DNA of 32,000 bases from Promethearchaeum syntrophicum. GTDB lineage: Archaea; Asgardarchaeota; Lokiarchaeia; Sigyniarchaeales; Promethearchaeaceae. Made by a program: the position numbers and the translations under genes. Of the stretch, positions 25,131 to 32,000 are shown piece by piece; within the stretch, counting starts at the first letter, position 1, and every line of letters starts with the position of its first letter. Location: positions 2,550,001 through 2,582,000 of the forward strand of contig NZ_CP042905.2 in the NCBI RefSeq assembly GCF_008000775.2. The letters are read 5' to 3'. Below the pieces are notes generated by a model. The model was given only the letters and a program-made list of their open reading frames with translations, was not told where the DNA came from and ran no database searches.

Positions 25131-26507
25131 ATGCCAGCCACAGAAAGTTTATCAAAAGATAGTTCTATGAGACCTACGCAGACCTTTCCTGAATATAATT
25201 TAATCTTCCGTCTATCACATTTTATTCAGAAGTACAAGATTAACAGATTTTTTGAAAAAGTTCCATTTTTAGGGTTTAAAATGATATCGATTGTGGTCGG
25301 GATTGAACATTCAATCAACGGACATAAACAACTCTCCAAAACCTGGAATTTTTTCTACCCAAAAAGACGGGATTTATATAAACATTGGACAAATTTATTC
25401 ATCCGGTTAAATATTGAACTATGGCTTGATTCTACGTTCTATTTACCTCTTAGAAATCCAACAAATACGGAGTTCTTCAATCCAATAGAAGGATTTTCCC
25501 ATTTGGAAAAAGCAATTAAGAAAAAAAAGGGAGTATTAGTACCCACAATACATCTTGGAGAGTTCTATCATACACTGTTTTCTCTGTTTTATAAAAAAAT
25601 TGAAATTGATGGAAAGAAGCAGAAAATATTACTTGCAATTCTTTCGAGTAAAGAAAATGATTTTCTTTTCAGGGAACAGCTTAAACCAATTAAAAATCTG
25701 GATGTAATACTCACCGATGATTTCACAAGACTAAAAAATACTATTGAAATTCATTTGAAAAGAAACTATACTGTTTTTCTACTTTACGATTATTATTCAG
25801 ACAATCAATTAAGAGTGCCTTTTATTTACAATTCAAATTCATCTGATTTTTTAATTCCTTGCCCTCAAATGATCAATCATTTTCATACAAAATTAGGTAC
25901 TCCTATTGTCCCCGTAATTGCTATTCCTACCAATGAATTAAAACATTCCATTGTCAGATTTCTACCAGAAATTTCAATAGAAAATATGAACCTATCCAAT
26001 GAAACTCAAGTTCTTAAGGAAGATATCATCAATTTTCAAAATGGGTCACTGAATAAGAAACAACAATATGGTTTGCTTTCATTATTATTAAATCGCCAAT
26101 TGTATCCATATGTTTTGAAATACCCTTTTTTATGGCAAAGTTCTTTTTTATTTTTTAAGAGGACTCAATTCCGAATCCAATTAAAAAATATATTTTCATA
26201 TAGAGAATTACTCCAAGTAGTATTAACCAAATTAGAACTTTTCATAAATAAAACATATGAACCTGGGAGGAAAGATGAATTAATTCTTTTAGAACTTCAA
26301 AAAATTTCCAATGATTTGGAAAAGAGGAAGAATGATTCTAAAGATAAACTGCAAATTACTAATAAATATATTGAATTAGGTAGATTAAATGGAAAAGCGA
26401 CCTTCACGAAGGTTATTTCTATTCTAAAAAATTTACAACCAGTAAATACCAATCAAGATTATGATCAAATCTTAGAAAAACTCAATTTGATTTTAAATCA
26501 TTTTTAA
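25131..26507 (+). CDS. LpxL/HtrB-like acyltransferase-family protein, paralog B (tandem duplicate of 23571..24974)
   Basis: Collinear with paralog A over its full length, with roughly half of the residues identical by eye. Shared blocks include TFPE(F/Y)N, SHFIQKYKINR, FFNPIEGF(N/S)HLEKA, KKGVLVPTIH(F/L)GEF, PFIYNS, PIVPV, KH S(L/I)V(K/R)FLPE, YPFLWQ, TYEPGR and NKYIELGRL. Confidence 0.5.
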   Translation: MPATESLSKDSSMRPTQTFPEYNLIFRLSHFIQKYKINRFFEKVPFLGFKMISIVVGIEHSINGHKQLSKTWNFFYPKRRDLYKHWTNLFIRLNIELWLDSTFYLPLRNPTNTEFFNPIEGFSHLEKAIKKKKGVLVPTIHLGEFYHTLFSLFYKKIEIDGKKQKILLAILSSKENDFLFREQLKPIKNLDVILTDDFTRLKNTIEIHLKRNYTVFLLYDYYSDNQLRVPFIYNSNSSDFLIPCPQMINHFHTKLGTPIVPVIAIPTNELKHSIVRFLPEISIENMNLSNETQVLKEDIINFQNGSLNKKQQYGLLSLLLNRQLYPYVLKYPFLWQSSFLFFKRTQFRIQLKNIFSYRELLQVVLTKLELFINKTYEPGRKDELILLELQKISNDLEKRKNDSKDKLQITNKYIELGRLNGKATFTKVISILKNLQPVNTNQDYDQILEKLNLILNHF

Positions 26508-26674
26508 CCAATTATATTCTAACCATTTTTCGATCTTTAATTATCTAAATTTACCATTTTTCGCCCAATTTATCCTAAGTTATTGCTTTTATAATCATTC
26601 TTTATTGTAATATTTTTTACATTACTATCAAAAATTTTATTTATTGTAAAACTATTCTTTATACAGTGAATTTA

Positions 26675-27382
26675 ATGAATAAAGAACCTGAATTAGAACA
26701 AGATGAAAAACTAAAAAAAAAGGTTAATAAAATTTCATTTATTTCGATTTCTGGAATCGTTCAATTTCTAATTCTTTCACTTATTGCCATGCTTTTTTAT
26801 CCAAGAGGGACTCGTGAAGATGAATTATTTGAAGAGTATTCATTTTCTTTTAATAAATTTAGTGATTTAGGTATGTGGGAAACATTTTCGGGTGAATCTA
26901 ATTTAATTTCATTCTTAATTTTTAATATAGGCTTAATTATTCTCGGTTTATCATTAATTCCATATGTGGTTTTTTCAGCCAACTATTTCAGAAGCCAAAA
27001 AATGCCTCGACATTGGGTTTACGTTGGTGAAATTACAGGAATTATCGCTAGCTTAGCATTTGTTGGAGTTGGTTTAACCCCACGTGATTTATTACAGGAC
27101 CTTCATAAAATTGCCGAATATTCCGCATTTCTGACTATATTTATTATGAGTCTAATGTATATGCTTTTCATTTACAAAGTTTCGTATTATCATAATAAAT
27201 ACGCAATCATATATGCCCTATGTGTAGTTTGTCAATTTTTATATTTATTTATTGTTCTTGATATCATTCCAGTTACCCTTGAAATTGATTGCATTTCTCA
27301 AAAACTAATCGTATATCTTCAATTAATTGTGTTTTTAATTCAATCTATTGGAATTTTACACTTGGATAAGGACTTAAATTAA
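26675..27382 (+). CDS. integral membrane protein (~6 TM; DUF998-like pattern)
   Basis: I prefer ATG 26675; the track starts at GTG 26666. Six hydrophobic helices. FSDLGMWETFSGESNLISFLIFNIGLIILGLSL resembles the conserved N-terminal block of DUF998-type membrane proteins, but the match is weak. Confidence 0.5.
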   Translation: MNKEPELEQDEKLKKKVNKISFISISGIVQFLILSLIAMLFYPRGTREDELFEEYSFSFNKFSDLGMWETFSGESNLISFLIFNIGLIILGLSLIPYVVFSANYFRSQKMPRHWVYVGEITGIIASLAFVGVGLTPRDLLQDLHKIAEYSAFLTIFIMSLMYMLFIYKVSYYHNKYAIIYALCVVCQFLYLFIVLDIIPVTLEIDCISQKLIVYLQLIVFLIQSIGILHLDKDLN

Positions 27383-27446
27383 GATTTCTAGATGCTACAA
27401 AATTTTTTTCCTCTCTACTTATTCATTTTTGAATAGCTTTAAATAC

Positions 27447-27491
27447 ATGTGTCAACTTTATTTGACTTAGATGTGTCAACAAAACTTGACA
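27447..27491. promoter_or_regulatory. two tandem 20-bp repeats, ATGTGTCAAC-N5-TTGAC, each containing a GTCAA/TTGAC palindrome; candidate XRE operator pair
   Basis: Repeat 1 is at 27447..27466 (ATGTGTCAACTTTATTTGAC) and repeat 2 at 27471..27490 (ATGTGTCAACAAAACTTGAC), a 24-bp period. Repeat 2 extends to a 6-bp dyad, TGTCAA-N6-TTGACA. The site ends 19 bp upstream of ATG 27510. Confidence 0.4.
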
Positions 27492-27509
27492 TTATCAAAA
27501 AAAAATATT

Positions 27510-28361
27510 ATGGAAAATCGAAAAAAAATGGAAAAAAAAGAACATAGTAGGTTCGGTATTGAACCTAGTTATTTAACAAGCCAAATGATTGGAAGTTTTT
27601 TTGCATCAATCTTCGTTGGATTAGGAATTTATGGTGTCGGGTGGCTTATCGTCTTTATTATTCTGGACGATGGTGGAACACCTCCAATAGTTTTATGGCC
27701 AATAATTTGGGGATTAATTTTTGGATTTGCGTTGATATTATTGACAATGACATTCATATTCGAAGGAATGTACTATAGAAATTTTTCATATGAAATTTCA
27801 GAAAAATTCATAACAATTCGCTATGGTCGTTTGACTCGAACAAAGACAACCATTCCCTTTAGTCGGATACAAAATATTGCTATCCACCAAAACATAAGGG
27901 ATAGATGGTTAAATATCTATACTGTAAAAATAGAAACAGCTGGAAGTTCTGCTGCAATGTCTTCTTCACAGAAAGGTGTAGTACGACCCGAAGGGTATAT
28001 TCCTGCTATTAGAGATCCAAAAGAACTTGAAGGTATGATCAATCGGTTGGTTCATCGATACACGCAAGATATTCCTAAAACAGTTCAAGATAAAGTTTTT
28101 ATGGATAGTAATGTTGCATTTGATGAATTTATAGCATATTTTATTGCAAAAATGCGTGAAAAAGATCAATTAAATACAAAAGTTAAGATATTAAGAGAAA
28201 ATACCGGTTGGAGTCAAGAACAATTGGCAGAAAAACTTGGAGTGTCGCGTACTACTGTAGAATATTTAGAAGCAGGGGAATATGTTCCTTCTTTAACTTT
28301 AGCATTGCGAATTTCACATATCTTTAACGTTTCAATTGAAGATATATTTGAGCTTGAATAA
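27510..28361 (+). CDS. membrane-anchored bacterial-PH (bPH_2/YdbS-like) domain fused to a C-terminal XRE-family HTH
   Basis: I prefer ATG 27510 because the 27471 start would lie inside the repeat element. Two TM helices are followed by the bPH_2 pattern YYRNFSYEISEKFITIRYGRLTRTKTTIPFSRIQNIAIHQNIRDRWLNIYTVKIETAG. The C-terminus is a Cro/C1-type HTH: LRENTGWSQEQLAEKLGVSRTTVEYLEAGEYVPSLTLALRISHIFNVSIEDIFELE. Confidence 0.75.
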   Translation: MENRKKMEKKEHSRFGIEPSYLTSQMIGSFFASIFVGLGIYGVGWLIVFIILDDGGTPPIVLWPIIWGLIFGFALILLTMTFIFEGMYYRNFSYEISEKFITIRYGRLTRTKTTIPFSRIQNIAIHQNIRDRWLNIYTVKIETAGSSAAMSSSQKGVVRPEGYIPAIRDPKELEGMINRLVHRYTQDIPKTVQDKVFMDSNVAFDEFIAYFIAKMREKDQLNTKVKILRENTGWSQEQLAEKLGVSRTTVEYLEAGEYVPSLTLALRISHIFNVSIEDIFELE

Positions 28362-28451
28362 TATTTGAAATCGATTGATAGAATGAAATTTCCAGTATTA
28401 CAATAAATAAATTAGAGTTCAATAAATTGAGAAAGGGGAAAGAGGATACAT

Positions 28452-28646
28452 TTGAAGACAAAAATTCGTGAATTACGTGAAAGTAAGAATATGTCTCAGA
28501 AAGAATTAGGTATACTTGTAGGGGTATCCCGCCAAACAATAAATTACATTGAAATGGGAAAAACATCACCAAAAATAACAGTTGCTCTGAAAATCGCGAA
28601 AATTTTTAACACTCCTGTTGAAAAAATCTTTGAATTAGAAGAATAA
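28452..28646 (+). CDS. stand-alone XRE-family HTH transcriptional regulator (64 aa)
   Basis: TTG start preceded by GAGGA. KIRELRESKNMSQKELGILVGVSRQTINYIEMGKTSPKITVALKIAKIFNTPVEKIFELEE is a complete HTH_3-type domain. It is collinear with the C-terminus of the upstream fusion protein. Confidence 0.75.
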   Translation: MKTKIRELRESKNMSQKELGILVGVSRQTINYIEMGKTSPKITVALKIAKIFNTPVEKIFELEE

Positions 28647-28820
28647 GAAGAAACCATAAGAAATCTACAATCATATGATCCATATGGATCCCATAGGAAA
28701 AAGAGGACTCCCATAATATATATGATGAATATGGTAAATCTAAATAAGGTGAAAATGCATATTTTTTAATATATTGTTAATTTCAACTGAAACTTAAAGG
28801 AATAGTGATAAAAAGTAAAA

Positions 28821-30977
28821 ATGATGCCCAAACCAAGAACAACAATTAGAAATTATAGTCGGAAGAAAGAGAAATTAATTTTTTTCTTTATTCTTTTAAC
28901 TGTTTTTTCAAGTTCCTTAGTTTTTCTGAATGAAAAAGGCACTTCCGAAATCTTACCTGATGGGTCGGTTGACAATTTCAGAAAAAACAATATCTTTCCT
29001 TCTCAAGTCTCTAATGAAATACCCGATATCTCAAATTTAACCCAATTAGAGGATTTTTTGGATTATTACATACCTTTTCTATTAACTGAACTTGATACAA
29101 TGGGAGGTGTGATATCTGTAGTAAAAGATGATACTCTTTTAATTAGTAAAGGATACGGATATTCAGATATTGAGAAGGTTAAACCAGTTGAACCAAATTC
29201 AACTCAATTTCGAGTTGGTTCTGTTTCCAAACTTTTCACATGGACGGGAATAATGCAATTAGTTGAGCAAGATATTTTAGATTTAGATACCGACATAAAT
29301 GATTATTTGAAATCCTTTCAAGTCCCTGAAACATTCTCGGAACCAATCACATTAAAATATCTCTTAACGCATACTGCAGGTTTTGAAGAAACCTATTCTC
29401 CAATAATTTCTGATATCGATCTTTATTCCACCTTAGAAGAAGAATTGAAAACTAAACTACCCCCTCGGATACGCCCACCGGGAATAATGACATCATATTC
29501 AAATTTTGGAACAGCCTTAGCAGGTTTTATTATTGAAGAGACCACTGGAATTAAATATGAAGAATTTATTGAAGAAAATATATTGAAAGTATTGGGTATG
29601 AATCGAAGTTCATTCTATCAACCTTTACCGCTAAATTTGACAGAAGATTCTGGTGTTCCTACTGGATTTTATTATGACAATAATCAATTTTACGAAGGAT
29701 TTTATGAATATATTAGTATCGTTCCTGCGGGCGGAATGAGTACTACCGCAAATGATATGGCAAATTTTATGATAGCAAATCTAAATAATGGGACCTTTAA
29801 ACAAAATCAAATTTTGCAAAATAATACAATTCAAGAAATGCAAAGCGAACAATTCACGACTCATCCCCAATTTCCAGGTATGTGTTATGGATTTTATGAA
29901 TTACCTCATGATTATCTTAGAATAATCGGCCATGGTGGTGACATGGTTTTCTATCACAGCTTAATGTCATTAATTCCTGAAGAAAATTTAGGAATCTTTA
30001 TTTCTTTTAACTCTTTGGATTCTGTCCCAGCTCCTTATGCTTTTCTAAATAATTTACTTAACCGATTTTTTCCCCCCTCAGAAAAAGATCCTATCATTCC
30101 TCTTGATAACCACGAATTCCGGGTAAATTTATATACCGGAATTTATGAATTAACTCGTAGACCTTATTCAACTATTGATAAGATATTACATCGAACCTAT
30201 AGTGAAGATATTTATGAAATTACAGCGAATTCAAATGGAGAATTAAATGTTTTTGGTATTCCTTTTATTGAAATTGAACCTTTTCTTCTGCAAGATACAT
30301 CTGGATATGGTCTTTATTTAGCATTTATTGTTGATGAAGAGGGTAAAATTACTCATTTCTATATGAATGACTCTCCTGTGGTAGCCTTTGAAAAATTAGC
30401 TGATTATGATACAAATTCATTTCAGCTTGGTTTCTTTATTTTTATTTCTTCAATATTTGGATTGAGTATTATTTATTGGTTAAGTAAAGGAATTTTTGAA
30501 CTAATCAAAGAGCGAAAGGAGCGAAAAGAACAAAAATCAAGAGATATAACAAAAGAAACGATTAATCAAAAAAACACATCAAAATCTGATGTTCAGATAT
30601 CTAATGTATTCAAAGAGAAAAATAAACCAAAAATCACTTCCGGTCTTCCTTATTTATTGGTTTTTGCAGAAATCCTCATTAATATAATCTTTGGATTGCT
30701 TTTATTTCCCAATTTGACGACGAGGTTTATTCCAGGATACGATTTTGAGACAAATATAAATAAAATCTTAATAATGCCAATTTTCTTCATAGTAATGGTA
30801 ATTGGGACAATTATTTATGCGGTTTTAGGGTGGTTTGAATTAACAGTTGATAAATCAAAACGAAAATGGTCCCATTGGGATCAAATTCATTATACAATAA
30901 TTGCGATAGCAGGCATTGGATGGATTTGGTTCCTCAATTACTGGAATCTTATAGGCTTATTCTCTGAAGGAATATAA
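28821..30977 (+). CDS. beta-lactamase-fold serine hydrolase (class C / PBP-like) with N-terminal anchor and C-terminal multi-TM region
   Basis: N-terminal TM helix LIFFFILLTVFSSSLVFL. The SxxK motif is in FRVGSVSKLFT, YxN is in SYSNFG, and the HxG box is in IIGHGGD. The C-terminal ~180 aa contain about four TM helices separated by a Lys/Glu-rich loop. Confidence 0.8.
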   Translation: MMPKPRTTIRNYSRKKEKLIFFFILLTVFSSSLVFLNEKGTSEILPDGSVDNFRKNNIFPSQVSNEIPDISNLTQLEDFLDYYIPFLLTELDTMGGVISVVKDDTLLISKGYGYSDIEKVKPVEPNSTQFRVGSVSKLFTWTGIMQLVEQDILDLDTDINDYLKSFQVPETFSEPITLKYLLTHTAGFEETYSPIISDIDLYSTLEEELKTKLPPRIRPPGIMTSYSNFGTALAGFIIEETTGIKYEEFIEENILKVLGMNRSSFYQPLPLNLTEDSGVPTGFYYDNNQFYEGFYEYISIVPAGGMSTTANDMANFMIANLNNGTFKQNQILQNNTIQEMQSEQFTTHPQFPGMCYGFYELPHDYLRIIGHGGDMVFYHSLMSLIPEENLGIFISFNSLDSVPAPYAFLNNLLNRFFPPSEKDPIIPLDNHEFRVNLYTGIYELTRRPYSTIDKILHRTYSEDIYEITANSNGELNVFGIPFIEIEPFLLQDTSGYGLYLAFIVDEEGKITHFYMNDSPVVAFEKLADYDTNSFQLGFFIFISSIFGLSIIYWLSKGIFELIKERKERKEQKSRDITKETINQKNTSKSDVQISNVFKEKNKPKITSGLPYLLVFAEILINIIFGLLLFPNLTTRFIPGYDFETNINKILIMPIFFIVMVIGTIIYAVLGWFELTVDKSKRKWSHWDQIHYTIIAIAGIGWIWFLNYWNLIGLFSEGI

Positions 30978-31074
30978 AATAACCAGCTAAGAATTCTAGA
31001 CTAAATAAATTGAAATTTCATACGTAAACAATTTTTTTTTAAAAGTGTAAAAATAAACGGAAAGGAAAAAAATA

Positions 31075-31872
31075 ATGGAAAATAATGAATCTGTATTGGT
31101 AAATGTCGAATCATTATCAAAATCTTTTGAAAATGTGCAAGCTGTAGATAATCTCTCATTTCAAATTCGAAAAGGAGAAATTTATGGATTGTTAGGACCA
31201 AACGGGGCAGGAAAAACAACCACGATTAAATTAATTTTAGGTTTATTAGAGGCTGATGCTGGAGATATAACAGTTTTAGGTCTTAAACCAGAAAATGATG
31301 AGGTTGAAATTAAGAACCAGATTGGATATGTCTCTGAAGAACCATTAATTTACAAATCTTTGACACCGAAGGAATTATTTAATTTTATTGCTTCTATTCG
31401 TAAATTAGATGGTGCTAAAGTTACAATGAAGTTAGCTGAATATTTAGAAGGTTTGGGTGCAATTGAGTATTATGAACGCTTAATTTCTACTTTATCAAGA
31501 GGAAATAAACAAAAAGTACAAATAATTGCAGCAATTTTACATGATCCAGAAATTCTGATAATGGATGAACCTTTAGCAGGATTAGATGCCAAATCGGTTA
31601 AAGTTGTAAAAGAAATTGTAGATTTACATACTAAAAGAGGAGGATCTGTTCTGTTTTCCACACATATCATGGAAGTCGCTGAAGATATTTGTGATCGCAT
31701 CGGAATTATTAATGAAGGAAAATTAGTTGCAGAAGGTAATTTTGAAGAACTCCGCCAAAAAGCCAATGCTCTTGGAGAAAATGTCGATTTAGAAGACATA
31801 TTCCTAAAACTCACAGAACAAGACGAATCAATAAATGAAATTGTTGAAAAACTCCGAACCACAATGATATGA
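31075..31872 (+). CDS. ABC transporter ATP-binding protein (ABC-2/DrrA-like)
   Basis: Walker A GPNGAGKTTT, Q-loop IGYVSEEP, signature LSRGNKQK, Walker B ILIMDEPLAGLD and H-loop FSTHIM. Confidence 0.9.
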   Translation: MENNESVLVNVESLSKSFENVQAVDNLSFQIRKGEIYGLLGPNGAGKTTTIKLILGLLEADAGDITVLGLKPENDEVEIKNQIGYVSEEPLIYKSLTPKELFNFIASIRKLDGAKVTMKLAEYLEGLGAIEYYERLISTLSRGNKQKVQIIAAILHDPEILIMDEPLAGLDAKSVKVVKEIVDLHTKRGGSVLFSTHIMEVAEDICDRIGIINEGKLVAEGNFEELRQKANALGENVDLEDIFLKLTEQDESINEIVEKLRTTMI

Positions 31873-31882
31873 GGTAAAATAA

Positions 31883-32000
31883 ATGAAAAGTAAAGAACTC
31901 TACAAAATATCGAATTATGTTTATAATGAATCTTTTTTACAATCGCATTTAGATATGTCGGGAGCGAATGTTTCTTCAGTCATGGAAAAAATGGAAAAGA
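31883..32000 (+). CDS. 5' end of an ORF following the ABC ATPase (possible permease partner); truncated by the window
   Basis: GAGGT (31871..31875) lies 7 nt before ATG 31883. The frame is open to the window end (MKSKELYKISNYVYNESFLQSHLDMSGANVSSVMEKMEK). Function is not determinable from 39 aa. Confidence 0.35.
   Translation, partial: MKSKELYKISNYVYNESFLQSHLDMSGANVSSVMEKMEK

Noticed and set aside
28722-28790. ATGATGA ... CTGA pair spaced 69 nt apart, which could be read as C and D boxes of an sRNA
   Set aside because: There is no terminal stem complementarity and no credible C'/D' boxes. It sits in the promoter/5' region of the hydrolase gene. ATGATGA is expected by chance in AT-rich DNA.
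1-32000. Remaining short overlapping track ORFs (2374..2583, 8183..8401, 9058..9297, 10267..10461, 11085..11342, 11394..11591, 12651..12836, 12795..13157, 15992..16198, 16200..16412, 18067..18294, 18942..19205, 22055..22294, 24332..24559, 26797..26982, 27966..28169, 28324..28572, 31001..31219, 31470..31862)
   Set aside because: Each is embedded in, or antisense to, a longer ORF with recognisable motifs or membrane topology. None carries a motif of its own.
1-32000. Search for CRISPR arrays, rRNA, tRNA, and toxin-antitoxin or defence-island signatures
   Set aside because: I saw no regularly spaced direct repeats, no G+C-rich structured RNA-like blocks of tRNA or rRNA size, and no nuclease, helicase or methylase motifs. 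The XRE proteins lack an adjacent toxin-like partner.

Overview
This is an AT-rich, gene-dense prokaryotic window with about 31 protein genes on both strands and one intact insertion sequence. I found no rRNA, tRNA or CRISPR array. The gene content points to an Asgard (Loki-type) archaeon; this is inference from sequence only, with no database search. Supporting this, a eukaryote-like actin-family gene sits next to a Rab/Ras-like small GTPase gene. A protein with a vWA-like domain and a PHD-type C4HC3 zinc-finger spacing lies divergently from the GTPase. Shine-Dalgarno-like GAGGT/AGGTG motifs and oligo-T tracts are common. The rest is accessory and metabolic. It includes a partial ABC exporter, a TPR protein, an alpha/beta hydrolase, and EamA and two MFS transporters. 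It also includes a 627-aa Asn/Gln-rich low-complexity protein with a polyproline tract, and a QueG/RdhA-type 2x[4Fe-4S] protein whose 3' end is interrupted by a 1.8-kb IS with 25-bp terminal inverted repeats. A thioredoxin reductase that lacks the NADPH-binding arginines is paired with a thioredoxin-fold protein that lacks CxxC. Two tandem paralogs resemble bacterial LpxL/HtrB-type acyltransferases. A membrane-anchored bPH-XRE fusion with candidate operators is followed by a stand-alone XRE paralog, a beta-lactamase-fold serine hydrolase and an ABC ATPase. The most interesting items are the GTPase-actin-vWA/PHD cluster (6.0-9.4 kb), the LpxL-like paralog pair (23.5-26.5 kb), the non-canonical TrxR/Trx pair with a palindrome over its promoter, and the bPH-XRE module. 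All functional calls come from motif recognition by eye and need HMM or structure confirmation.
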